The notes under the pieces are model-generated. The model was not told the DNA's origin, did not search any database, and was given only the letters and a program-made list of their open reading frames with translations. This document shows positions 23,283 through 35,880 of a DNA stretch of 64,000 nt, piece by piece; the first letter of the stretch is position 1, and every line of letters starts with the position of its first letter. The position numbers were made by a program, and so were the translations under genes. The DNA is from Takakia lepidozioides (lineage: Eukaryota; Plantae; Bryophyta). The stretch is from positions 11,966,001 through 12,030,000 of the forward strand of contig CM060732.1 in the NCBI GenBank assembly GCA_030704615.1, read 5' to 3'.

Positions 23283-26200
23283 TCAGCTGGGCTCACTATC
23301 TGTATCCAAATAATCTTCCCTTTCACTACCCACATCTGCAATTTGCCTTGCGGTAATTACCAACCCTGGAATGTCTTCCTCATTAAAGGTAACTGCTCCT
23401 TCCAAAGAGACTGGTTCGGCCGTATCTGGTAGATTTCGTGGTTCCCTCAGACCCTCGTGGTCGGCATTCTCCCCTAGGTCCAGATCATGGACGTCGGCCA
23501 CGACTCGTTTGGCCTAGGGCTCCTTGTGAAGAACCACCTTCCATCCCGGCGCATGGGTGTCATCTGAAAAGAAAACTTGCTCAACTTGCGATGGGAAGAT
23601 GAATGGCTCTTCATCTTGTGGTAGCATTTTTCTGAAATCAGCAAGGAGGAACCCGTACTCATCCCGTTTCATGGTGGCATTCTCTCCTACCATATTGGCT
23701 TTTACCCAAGAACAACGGAATAGAATTGGCTTCACAAGACCATAGTCTAGTTTAAGGATCTCTTTGATCACTCCTACATATTGCACATGGCATGAAATTG
23801 GATTCCGATCTCGTGCACAGCTCCTACTCTCTTGTTCAAAAAATGATGCCACTCCGCTGTCATAAGTCACCAGGAGGCTGGTGTTGGCATCGTCCACTCT
23901 ATAGTGATTGCCATATGCTTTCATTGACCGGTACGAAGTGGCAATCAGCCCTGGGGGAATGACAGACTCACCATGCCCTCATCTGGGTCCTCGTTCTCTG
24001 ATGCGTACACTGCAATTGCAGATCTGACCCACACTGTAAAGGGCTGCAGCTCCTCCATTGTTGTGGGGTACTCCACCGGGGATCTGCGCCTACGACCGCC
24101 CCTCCACCATTGCAAATGCACTCCGTTCCGTTTTCAGGCGGACCTTCTCCGCTGCGTACTTTCTGGCAGAAACCAAATAGAAGCTGCAACTCAGTCCCCC
24201 TGACCAACACCGTGCTGTACATGCATGCCACATGCAGAGTGTGTGTCCTTTCAAGCACACTGTAGTGATGCAGCCTACTTCATAATCACTTGCAAGCAAC
24301 AACCAAGATCTACGAAACACCCTCTGTAGTCGTCTGAAGCACCCTGTTAGTACACGATCCCACTCCCATAGTGGCCGGAATGACTTGTGACAATATATAT
24401 GTAATTCCAGCATACAAAGACCATTAAGAATAGCACAGGAGGGATGTAAGTTGGCACCCACTGTCTCCATGGTGAGAACCTCACCTACAACTCCTTCTTC
24501 CTCGTTCTCGTCCCACACCCGTCGTTGTATTGCATCAAATGAAGACATATACTCTGTCATGAAGCCCAGGGCTTCGTCGCGGATGTAGCCCTCCGCCATA
24601 CTCCCCTCTGGCCGTGCCATGTTGCGTACATACCCCTTCAGATCCTTCATGTACCTCTCCATGGGGTACATCCACCGGCTGGCTACGGGCCCACACACAT
24701 GCAACTCCTCTACAAGATGCACTAGCAAGTGCGTCATGACGTCAAAGAATGATGGAGGGAATTCTTTCTCCAGCAAACATAGGGTCATAGCCACATCCTC
24801 ATGCAACGATGTAATGTCCCTCGGATCCCACACCTTCGCACAAATCTTCCTAAACACTCGACTTACACGCATTATGGCTGTTCGAGGACCTGGCGCCATC
24901 GTACCCCGAATGCACACTGGCAAAATCTGTTGCATCATCACGTGTAGATCATGTGACTTCATCCCCGACCATTTCTTGTTTATGGCATGCTTTTGGAAAG
25001 CACCCGAGAATCCGGTTGGCACTTTCATGGCTCCCAATGTCTTCAAAAAATCCTCTTGCTCTGATTTGGTCAGGACGTATGATGCTGCTGGCATGAGCAC
25101 TTTGCCTGGTCTATTTGGATCAGGCCTTAGCCACAGATGTGACCGTATCCCTTCAATCTCCATGTCCTTTCGTACGTTTATCGTATCCTTCTCCCCAAAG
25201 ATAGTCTTCAGAATGTTCTCGCAGAAGTTCTTCTCACAATGCATGGGGTCCAGGAGGTACCGCTGCAAGAGGTTCTGAAATGCCAAATGTCCTCCCATGA
25301 GACCAAGTTCTATGGGCAAAAAAAGTAGAATATGTGGCAGAAGTTGTCCATGTTACTACATTCTGCTTTCAACAACTCCACGATCCTCTCCACAGTGAGG
25401 TGTACGACTTCAACATCTACTGCATAGTAGTTACACTGACTTAGGAGTTGGTGGAAGGACTCCTGACAGTAAAGGTAATTCCAGGAAGCACAATGTGAAA
25501 GAAAGTGAGTGAATGGGGGGGGGGGATTCATGCACCTTCCAGTATGGCAAATCCCAAAGGATTGTCCGGCGCTTCACCCCGTGCTCCATGGCTGGATCCG
25601 CACTACTTCCTTCTCTCCCTCCAATCTCCATGAACGCCTCTTTCTCCTTTGCAAATTGCAATGTCTCCTCCGGTGTCACAGCATTTGGTGCCATTCTCTT
25701 TTCAACACATCCATTGAAGTGCCTTCCTGCTCGTCGGTAGGGGTGGTTTCTTGCAAGGTAACGTCGATGCCCCATGTATATTGTCTTCCCTAGTGGCTTT
25801 GAGTGCCGTGAATCCACATAGGGCCCACAAATGGGGCACCCTTTGTAGCCCTTCGTCTTGCAACCCGCAACAAGGCCATATGCGGGGAAATCGTGGATTG
25901 ACCACATGAGTATGGCACGGAGGGTGAAACTCCGTTGCCCTACTGGTTTCAAAATGTCGTAAGCTTCAACTCCAATCCATAGTTCCTGTAGCTCTTCAAT
26001 CAATGGTTGCAAATACACATCTATGTTTGCATTTGTCACGGACTCCTTGCCTGGAATCAAGAGAGACAACATGACAAAGAATTTCTTTGTTGTCAACCAT
26101 GGTGGCAGGTTGTATGCCACCAACTGCACGGGCCATGTGGACCATGTGCAACTCTTTGATCCGTATGGGTTTACTCCATCCGTAGATACAGCCAATCGCA

Positions 26201-27265
26201 CATTGCGTGGGTCCTCGGCGAAATCGGGCCAAGTTGCATCTATATGCTTCCATGCAAGGGAATCTGGGACATGCCTTACCAAACCATCGTTTGAGGCATT
26301 CCTGGAATGCCAAGTCATGAGCTCACTAATGGTCTTGCATTTGTACATTCGTAATAGACGGGGGATAAGGGGAAAGTGCCTCAACACCTTGGCTGGCTGT
26401 TGTAACCTGCCCACATCATGGTATCGGGCTGCACCGCATTTGGGGCACTCCATAGCATCCTTGTACTCTCTTCTGAAAAGTACATGTCCTTTTGGACATG
26501 CATGTATTTTCACGTAGTTGAGGCCGAGCTTCCCAATCATTTGGTTGGCCATGTGACAGCTTTTTGGCATTTCATTTGGTTGTGGAAGCAAGTTCAGCCG
26601 AAGCAAAGAGAACAACTCGTCCACAAAATGGTCTGAGACACCGTGGGTTGTGCACAGGTTCATCAACAGCATGGTGGCAGCAAGCTTTGTGGATTTGCAT
26701 CCCTCGTACAGTGGCACACATGCTTCTTCTAGTGTCATGTGTGCAGAATTCAATTCTCCATCTCCACCTCCTTCCACGCCTTCCCCACGTGAATGCCTTC
26801 ATTTCCTGCGTCATCACCATCCCCAGTTGTCGCAGCGCCGTCCCCCTCTTCAGCATCGTCCATGATGTGGAATGCTTCCTGCAACATTCGAGTAATCTCC
26901 ACCCCTCCGTCCATGCCTGGTTCATGTCCTGCGCCCATGACATAGTCCTCGTCTGGCCTGTCTGTATGGCTCCCTCGGGGGTGTGCATTGTCCAATTGTG
27001 CCCACTCCTCATCGTCTTCGTCTGCAGGTCCATCTCCAATCCACACCCGAAATGCTTCATGTCTTTTGTGGTGAAGGAGATGTGTGCGCACACCGTCCTC
27101 AGATCTACTTGTAGTGCCCAAACAACGTTCACATGGGCATGGCATCCTTGAAAGCCCAAGGGCTCGGGCACGTGCCACTTCTCTTTCCCACAACCTGTCA
27201 TCTCGGGTGTTCTGTCTACAGGGGTGATTAATTGGAAGTCCTCCGCATGGGCGAGGGGAACTCAT
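23283..27265 (-). pseudogene. CACTA transposase (TnpD/Tnp2: transposase-associated, Transposase_21, DUF4218 and DUF4216 domains)
   Basis: MPCPCERC...HL; CPKC; DPRNVRLAVSTDGVNP; YNLPPW; HDFPAYG; LDPMHCEKN; KSHDLH; WMYPMERYM; EPFIFPSQVEQVFF. Intron 25535-25275, frameshift near 26760, in-frame stop at 23514. Confidence 0.93.
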
Positions 27266-28974
27266 TTTTGTTGGGGAGCCTCTTCAATGCTGTTTGTGCA
27301 CGCCGTTGCAGGGGGCCGGATTCTCCTTTGCAGAGATTCCTCAATTTGGCTCTGCCACTCCCATTTCACTACCGTCAATTCCCTCCTCCTGCAATCTCAA
27401 TTTGAAAGGTTCAGCCGCACATCCTTTGGCAGAGAAGACAGTTGACATTTTATACCAACCGGTAGATTCCACAACATGATGAAAAGTTACACTCAACAGC
27501 AAACCATTTAAAAGCCATCACGATGCTTTCCATCATAACTAGAATCTTTTCAACAAGACACTGAGAGAAATGACCAAAATCGACTCAAACAACGACATCC
27601 TGGAAAACCACCTGTCTCTACAGTTCGTGTGTGTGAGGAATCGGAGGACGTACGTGGAATTTCAATTTTCACGATTGAGGACGTTGTGATCTTGGGCATA
27701 TGGTTGAATGTGTATGAAATGTGTGCATTGAAGTGTGAACAACCTGACTACAAGGCCAGAACCTGCGCCACTTGTCTTAGGCCATCTCCAAATCACGTTT
27801 CGGCGGACAATCCCGTTCCGTTGCCGTGAAATTGCACCGTGGCGGGAAGGGAGTCCATTTGTGTGGCTCTATCACCATGGCGGGAAGGGGAGCATGTTAA
27901 AAATGGAGCATCGCCCTGCCACTTCACTCATTTGCTGTTTGCAGCTTCTTCCACCATCTTTCTTACTTAATTCTGATTCTTGCAATGCTGCCCTTGAGAC
28001 GGCAACTGCAAGTGACCGGATCCTTTGATCGTCGCATTCAAAGACACTTACGTGTAGCAGATCGCAGACCCCCAAATGCCTGGAGAGAAAGCCAGACGGC
28101 AGTCAATGCATGCACGGTTGTTTTGCACTGGTTGGGACGGAGTGGGGTGCAGAGGAGGCGTGCTGTGCCCGAGTTCGCATGCCTAGCATCCTGCAGCGGC
28201 GGCTTTTGCACGTTGGGCAGCAGTACCCTCTGCTGTATGATTACCATTTGTGGTACAGACTCACCGGCCTCCCCTGTCCACTTGGGTCTTGGGACAGCGA
28301 CTTATGGAGTATGTAGACAGAGTTGCATGTCGCGCAGGTACACCAAAATCTCCCATGTAACATAAACCCATTTCTCATTCATGCTTGCATGTGATCCACG
28401 GGGTAATTTCCATGTTCTCCCAGCTGATGTGGGTTCGCAAATTCTCGGTGTGTAGGTGTGTGTGTGAGGACCTCAACCTGGCATGGTGCGATGGGTGTCG
28501 AATGGACCCTTCTCTGCGATGGGAGAACCACTACAGTTGAGTTTGTTTTTGCTGAATCATTTGGCAGAGCACTGTGTTCACTTCTCACACATCATGCGCA
28601 TTTTCTCCAAGAATGCATGTAAAGCGGAGCCATACACGGCATCATTGCAGTGTGTTTCCTTCGCCTAATTTTGAACGAAAAAAAGTTAACGGATCCATGT
28701 CAGTTGTGTGAATCACTACATCTAGTTGTCTGGAGGATTGTAAGTGGTTTAGGGTTTAACGTCTCAAAGTCGAAAAGGCCATAGTGTCGGATGCACGACA
28801 CGTGTTCATATTTGAAATCAACAACGGCCGGATCTTCACTACAGATCGGGGGGGTGTGTGATCACACTCCCCTCCTTGTCCTTCTTTCCTCCTTTGCATG
28901 TCTTGGTCTTCCTCGCTCGTCTTTGTCTTGGTCATGGTCTATGTCCTCGCTCGTCTTCATCTTTGTCATGGTCT

Positions 28975-31900
28975 ATGTCCACGCCTAGTAAGAAGCGCTC
29001 GACCGCCGAGGCAGCATCACCTCCTCCCACTTCTGCACATTCCAGCCCCGCGGTGCGAAGGAGCCCCCGCCTGGCTCGACTGAATCCGGTACAGATGGCG
29101 TCGGTGCGAGAGGGAAGGCAGAGCGGTGGGCGGTCTTCGAGTTCGGATTTTGACACAAGCGAGTATAGCATGGGCGACGACGATGAGGTGGAGGACAGTT
29201 CGGAGGAAATTGCACCTCCATCTGCAGAGTCTCTCCAAAAGGTGCGCAAACGGCACAAAACCGCTGCGCATGAGGTGAGTTCTACCCCTACTTGTGTTCA
29301 TGTTTTCTGGGCGTTGAGTTCTCCTGAAACTGAAACTGGGATGCACATATCCACAAAGTTGTTCAAACGGATCTCGTAGTATACAGGGCAGTAGAAGAAG
29401 AAGTGTTCTTCAGTTTCAATTTCCTTGCTGCGCCCTATGCAAGCTGGACATAGGCGGTCCTCCCGTTGCAGGTTTTCCCATCTGCCAGTCTCTATCCGTA
29501 GGTTGTGGGAACCCACCCTGAACCGCCCCAATGCCCTCAAGAGGGAAGGAGGTAAGGGTGCTGAAAGGTAATTTGGTCTGAAGATTCTATCATCGCGGAG
29601 CACCAAGAATGTCTCTCGATAGAAGTGGAGCTTTGTTGTGAGATTGGGTAGCATCCAAGTTCTCTTGACATGTAATTCCATAAGCTCTCTCCGAATGAGT
29701 CTGTTGCGGTCATGTCTGGATGTGATGTCCACCTCATGTGGGTTCATTGGTAATAGGAAAGCAGTAGAAAGTCCGTTACGTTTCAATAAACTGTCCACTC
29801 GAGCATACCAGGAGTTCCCGAAACCTGCAGCTTTGAGCCTCATAGATGTTGTGAGGGCCCTTGCCACTAGCCCTTTGGGTGGAAGGGCCTGCAATCTATG
29901 GAGAAAGATTGTAAGCCTGAACTGTGCCTCGGATTGCAATGGTACACATGCGAACTCTGCACCTAGGATCTGAGATGGAGTTGTGCTCCTGGCGCCAAGC
30001 ATTGCTTGGAGAAAAGATGACTGTAATGGTTCCAAATTCTTTTCCCACCAGGAGACAGGGACACCAGGTGCCCAGAACTCACAACCATTGATGGTAGCAG
30101 GGCTGACGACGGTGTCAAACAACCACTTTTTGGTCGGGGGATGCCGCAGATGTATTTGCTTGCATTTGGCGTGAAGGCGGACGGAGGCCGCCTTACCTTT
30201 AGTCAATCTGTCCAAGGCAGTGGCTGCAAAGTGAAACTTGGGGGAGTGGATAACCAGACCTAGGTACCGGTATGATTTGACAATCTCAATTTCCTGCTGG
30301 TTGAAGATGAATCTACGATCAGCCTGGCCATTGAAGACCATGATCTTGGTCTTGCTAAGATTGACTTGCATCCCATAGTCTTTGCAGAACTGTTCCAAAA
30401 TTTTGAGATGGCGTTGCAGAAAGACCGGGGATTGTGCCAAAAGGGCAACATCATCAGCGTAGAGGAGATCTGATTGGGCAGAAAATGAAGTTAGGCAGAA
30501 AACATCCCTGAACATGTTTTCAATTTGTGTCATGGGGGAGGACATCGTGGAAAAACCTTCAGGTCTACCACTGTGTGCAGAGGGACTAGTTTTTAGGTCA
30601 AGGAAATGTTGCTTTGTCACGTCATTGCACCTGCGTTGGAGTACGCATTTGCTATATGCGTTGATAACTCCAACGAGGCTAGGTCTGCAATATCCTTTCA
30701 ATTGAATTGTGTCTGCACCTGTGTTTACCAACATTGAGAGTCTTTAGGCCTTTTGGGGCTCCGTTGCTGGGCTCCGCCATACAGCCATTTGCTGATTGTG
30801 TGAATAGATGTCCACTGGATATGTGCAAAACCCGGATGGATGTTCTGTTTCCTGGTAAGTTTCATGTGGTACTGATGTGAACCCGCCCACATTCTGTTTC
30901 TTCACCAATGAATGGGCTTACATGTTATGAGGACATTCTGTCCCTCTCCTTTTCAGTTTTTGGCATTTGCGCTGCAGGGGAGTGGGTTTGAGGTCAGCCA
31001 ATCCATAGTTGTGGTTGTGGGATGGTTTGTGCTCTGGTGACGTTGTGTTCAGTAGGACTACAGCTGATGCACCTTGTGTGTGGGATGTTTTTGGCAGCGG
31101 AAGGGGAGTGAAGCTGCAGCAAAGCACTCACAGCCACCACACAATGCCAACCAACACCAACCTTGGCACCCACCCCCTGCCGGATGGTCTCCACAACAGA
31201 GTGCACCATGGGGAGCCCCCCCTGCTTCGGGGTCGTGGCGCTGGCTTCCTGATGTTGCAATGGGGGCCTCCCACATCTCCATACGGCCCTCCCCCCTCCG
31301 GCACACATCAGTCACCCCCCACAACGTATGACGGCGCTGCTCCAGAGCATGGGGGCAGGAAACGGACATCAGAGCTGAGGAAGGAACGACGCCATGCCAT
31401 GAAACAATGGGAAGGAGATGGAGAGGGAAGGGTGGCTGCAGGGCTAAAGCGCCACAAGGTGGAGGTGCATGGAAATGGAGTCATCAATGCTGGCTGCGAA
31501 GGTAAGGAACACTGGCAGCGTGATTTGCGTGGCCTGGCATTGCGTTACCTTGACTCAAGCGTACAAGACATTGACCAGCAGTCCCAGAGTGCCATGTCAA
31601 ATAATAGAGGGCATAAATGGAATGTACGAGTACACACCTATCCCTGCCAATCGTGATTTTATAGTGAAGCAATGTGGGAAGATAATGAAAGGAGAAAGAG
31701 CAAAACTGAAAGATAAATGGGCGAAGACTGGTGTGAGGCCAATGAACACTGAACCCGCCTATTGGGATAAGCTTGTTGCCTACTGGGAGTCCCCTCGTGG
31801 ACTTGCAAAGGCTGAAGGGATGAAGCAAGCGCGTGCTTGTGTCACGAACCCCTCGCGTTGGGGCCGGGCAGGAGTTGCAGGCCAAGCAGCCCGTTTGGTA

Positions 31901-34551
31901 ATCTCCCTCACCCCCTTCTCATTGCTCTTACGTTGTGGCATGTTCTGATGGAAGAGACACCCACGAGTGGGTTTTATTGCTTGTGCAGAATTAGTTGTTA
32001 TGTGATATGCAGGGCAGTGCTTTGTCCATATGCTCCTGGCATTTTGTACTGACAGTGTGTGGATGGGCAAATACAGAAAAGACGCAAAGCGCGGAGCCCG
32101 TCACTGTCCGAGCTCGGGGCGGAGCAAGAACGCTGCGACTGGCACCCCATCAGAGTCTGTTTTGAGCCAGGTATGTTTTGAAGTCCGGTTTCCATTCATG
32201 AATCTGTTGTTGTACTAAGATTTGGTGGGTATGTGGGGCCCCCACGCATGGTACACGAGGGGTGTTATGCCAAACCCAGCCATCTCCGAATGCCTGAAAT
32301 CCTGCACATTCGGCCTCTTCTTCTGGTTTTTAACAGTACGGGTGGGTGTTTGTATGCGTAGGGAGCGGGGAACTCAATGGCAGCCCGCATCGGGGCCCTG
32401 GAGAGGCTTGCGGCTCTCTCTGCGGAGCGGGAGAGGGGAATGGAAGCACAACTGAAGAAGATAGTGGAACTCATGATGGGGCAAAAAGGGGGTGTGACGG
32501 GTGGCATTATGGAAGACCCCCCTGCTGCGACCATTGTACCTGACAAGGAGGAAGTAATTGTAGTGGGTAGGGATGTGACAGAGGTCCGGGCTGTTGTTGA
32601 TGATATTCACAGTGGGGGGCAGGGTCCACTCGTTGAAGAGGGAGAGGTCCAGCAAGTTGGTGGGGATGACATGGACGATGGGGGGGTCATTGCTCATGAT
32701 GGGGGAAAAGGGGAAGCTGTAGGGAGAGAGGGTGGTAGTTTGCCTGGTCCAGGCTGCAGGGGGACCGAAACTTTGCCCTCCGGGGTGACTGTTGTCTCCC
32801 AACCCACTGAGGTGAGACCCCGTGACACCCCTTCAAAAGCTCCTTTCATAGAAAAGTCGAAACTAATTGTTCTAGACCTGAACGGGATCTTGTGCCACTC
32901 TATTCCTAACTTTCAGCCCAACCCGAGGCGTCATTGGCCATGGGTGTTGACCACCAACAAGTATGTTTTCCCAAGGCCCCAGGTCTGCGAGTTTTTAAAC
33001 CTTCTCTTCCGGTATTTCTACGTTGGGATATGGTCATGTGCTTCCAAGGGGAATGTTGCAGACATCTTCAAAGTGGTGATGCAGGGGGTCGAGGGTTCTC
33101 CCCTCTTTGTGTGGTCACAAGAGGAGTGTGACCCCTTGACAGAGCCACACCGCACAAAAGGGCCTGCCGTACAGAACTTACAAAGAGACTGTCGAGGGTG
33201 TGGTCGGAATTTTCTGGATTTAACAAATCCAACACCCTCCTAGTGGATGATTCACCACACAAGGGGAGGGGGAACTCCCCTTTGAACATGGTCCATCCAT
33301 TGTCGTTTGATGTCACTGGCAATGTCAGTGAGGGGCCCGATTCAGACTACCTTTTAGAAACAGTCTGGCCCTACTGCCAAGATTTGTTTTGCTCCAAGGA
33401 TGTGCGTGTCTTCACAAGCACGCGGAAGCTGCCCGACTGGCAGCTTGAATGTGGGAGAGGATGGGGTGAATGAAGTACTTCTGCGCCCATGCAGATGAAA
33501 CTAACCTTACTGTTTGCAACATGACATCGAAGCCAAAGTCCATGTTTGTTTTGTTCCCCCGGATGCCCTCTCACGCAAGGCTGGCACTATATGTTTTGCA
33601 GGGACCACATGTACAGGGAGTGGCAGTGGGGTCGAATGTGAAGAAGGTGGGTCCTGCGCCTAGGACCATAGTGCTACGGCGGCAGCATTCCGGATTCCCC
33701 CCCCGGCATGAGGAGGCAGCGCCCAAGGTATGGTTGTTCCCAGCCCCTCTCCGCAAACTTACTTGGTTGGTTTCCTTTATGGATACACTTCCTGAAGCGT
33801 TGCAATGTGTATTCATTGCAGGTGAGCAAGAGGAGTGGGTTGTCCCCGGCACCATCATCGCAGCAGGACGTGGTTCCCCAGGCATGCATTCATGGCTCCT
33901 TGCTTTGCCTGGCTGGTTTTTAGTAGGGTTATTTTTGCCAGGAAGTTGTAGTGTGCAGGGTCTGAGCAGGGTGTTTGTTAGCTTGCTCCGTGGAGGTGTG
34001 TTTATACCATTGCAACCACCAGAGTTCATGTTATTCTTATCCGTCTGACTAAACCTCTTTTTGCTGCTGCAGTTGAAGACACGTGGGCAGCTTTCCTCAG
34101 TTGCCACCCTCAGCAACGAGCTTCGCTTCAAGGTACGTTGGTACACCGTGAATTTGCTGCTGATTCAGTATTGTGGCAACCAAGATCGTTTCCATGCCCA
34201 GCTGCGCTTGACTTTCACCCTGTCATTGCTATGTTTGTTGCTGAGTGGACCCTGATGTTGGTGTCTTAGATATCAGATCTTGTGTTTCTCCTGAACCCCC
34301 ATGACAAGCGGTCAAAGACAGCCGCCGCCAAGGCGGAAGTGGTGGGAATAGCCGGGGTTGACAAGTTCCACTGCAAGGACATTCGATCCGGGTGGTACAA
34401 GGTGAAAGTCCACGAGATCATGCTTCCAAGTGTTACATTGCCTTGCCCAAATGTGGACGATGCCCCCCCCCCAGACCACACTAGCGCACGTGAAAGCACG
34501 GTGACTCTGTGGCCAGAGAAGAGTATGAGGAAAGGTGAAAGTATCAAGTGA
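28975..34551 (+). pseudogene. CACTA second gene (TnpA/Ptta-like), multi-exon, with an internal FCP1/SCP (NIF) HAD-phosphatase-like domain and a C-terminal Tnp1-like domain
   Basis: Exon 28975-29274; WDKLVAYWESP...KQARACVTNPSRWGRAG (~31760-31875); KLIVLDLNGILC...RPQVCEFL...GIWSC...NTLLVDDSPHKG (~32860-33270); VFLLNP...WYKVKVHEIMLPSVTLPCP...LWP (34282-34551). Exact exon structure is uncertain. Confidence 0.72.
29367..30478 (-). mobile_element. Internal LINE ORF2 fragment (RT C-terminal half to zinc knuckle) inside a CACTA intron
   Basis: Near-identical to 3660-4770; no 3'UTR, no tail, no TSD seen. Confidence 0.92.
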
Positions 34552-35880
34552 CATTTCATGTTTGTAGTCCCTGTTGGGTGTGTAATGATACTCATAGAAG
34601 TGTGTATGATACTCACGTTACCAGTTTTGAACATTTGGGCCATGACAGTTTAAGTGATGTCCGGCAACCATGTATGTTGGCATTTAGTCTTGCTCATATG
34701 CAGGTGTGCCGTGACGGTCTCTAATTTGAATGTAATATCACATTTCCTGACTTGTCGTCGTGTCCGTCCACCTTCTATGTGTATGTGTGATGGTCTTTGG
34801 TCTCCCTGTTGCCTCGTCTATTTGGTTCATTAGCGTGATGTTGTGCATGCATCGTGGTCTGTGTTCTGAGTCTCGCCCAGTATCATTGCTTCTCAATTCC
34901 CCCTGCATATGGGTGAACCACTAAAACCAGTAGAATGCATCAGAACCATATTTTCAGCTTAGAATGCAGGTCAGTTAGAAACTCACACAAACCACTACAA
35001 GTGCTCATTTTTCGTGCTTTCCTACTGTAGTGCAACCAACTAGCACAGTGGCAGCGGAGTTGGCCAAAGCAGTCCCGAGATGGCACAAGCACTCTGCGTC
35101 TTTCCACTAGCAGTCGTACCCGTCACTGCCATTGCGTGGGGACGACGCCGCGCGTCGACCCACACACTCTCCACGTGGTCCCCGTGGATTCGTCTGCCGG
35201 CAGTTGTGCAATCGACTTTGCCAGTGGCTGTTGCGACGTTACATGCAGCACTCCAAGTGATGTGGCCGACTGCGATGTGGCATCTTGGGCCCGTGGCCAC
35301 GCGGCAGCATTGCCGCTCGTCGCGGCGCCGCCACATCGGCATCCACGTCCGCATCCACGTCCGCGTCCATGTGTCACCGCGCCCCGGGTGAGTCAGTCCA
35401 CTCATCCGGAGGGAAAAGTCAAAGTCAGCCCAAAAGGTCAGACACACGGGCGGCCCGCCTGGTTACACCACGTGGTTCTTCAACATTAATCGCATTAATC
35501 GCTGAGCAGTTGTTTGCGCGTCTGCGTCCTTTACCACTCCAATCATTGGATGTCCAACCCAACTACCACGTCTGTTGTAACTAGTCCGTTGTAACTTCCA
35601 GTCGATCCCAGTTTTTTTACTTTTATGACTCAAAATGAGTCGTTACCCCAGTGGTAAATGACACGAATGCTTCTAGTGCCTGATAGAGCAGGCCTACCAG
35701 AGCTGCTTAAAAACAAAAAGACTGCCAGTACTAGACAGACCTCTTGGGAAGGGGGCAAGAGGTCCACCAGTCACCAACCCTTCATCTCTCATTCCTTTGC
35801 AAGCTGTGTTGTCTACTAATTTCAAAGCTTTGCATTGTCCTCTAAGTAGGCAGACCTCAGGACAATAGATCAGCCCTCTT

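Larger units (their letters stand above)
20973..35678. mobile_element. CACTA (En/Spm) DNA transposon, 14.7 kb
   Basis: Perfect 19-bp TIRs CACTAGAAGCATTCGTGTC / GACACGAATGCTTCTAGTG and a 3-bp TSD CCT (20970-20972, 35679-35681). Confidence 0.97.

Noticed and set aside
29298-30734. 478-aa ORF as a novel fusion gene
   Set aside because: It is the LINE fragment read through by chance into flanking CACTA intron sequence.
33470-34146. Opposing ~190-aa ORFs in the CACTA element
   Set aside because: No domain signal; probably intron and small exons of the TnpA-like gene plus antisense shadow.
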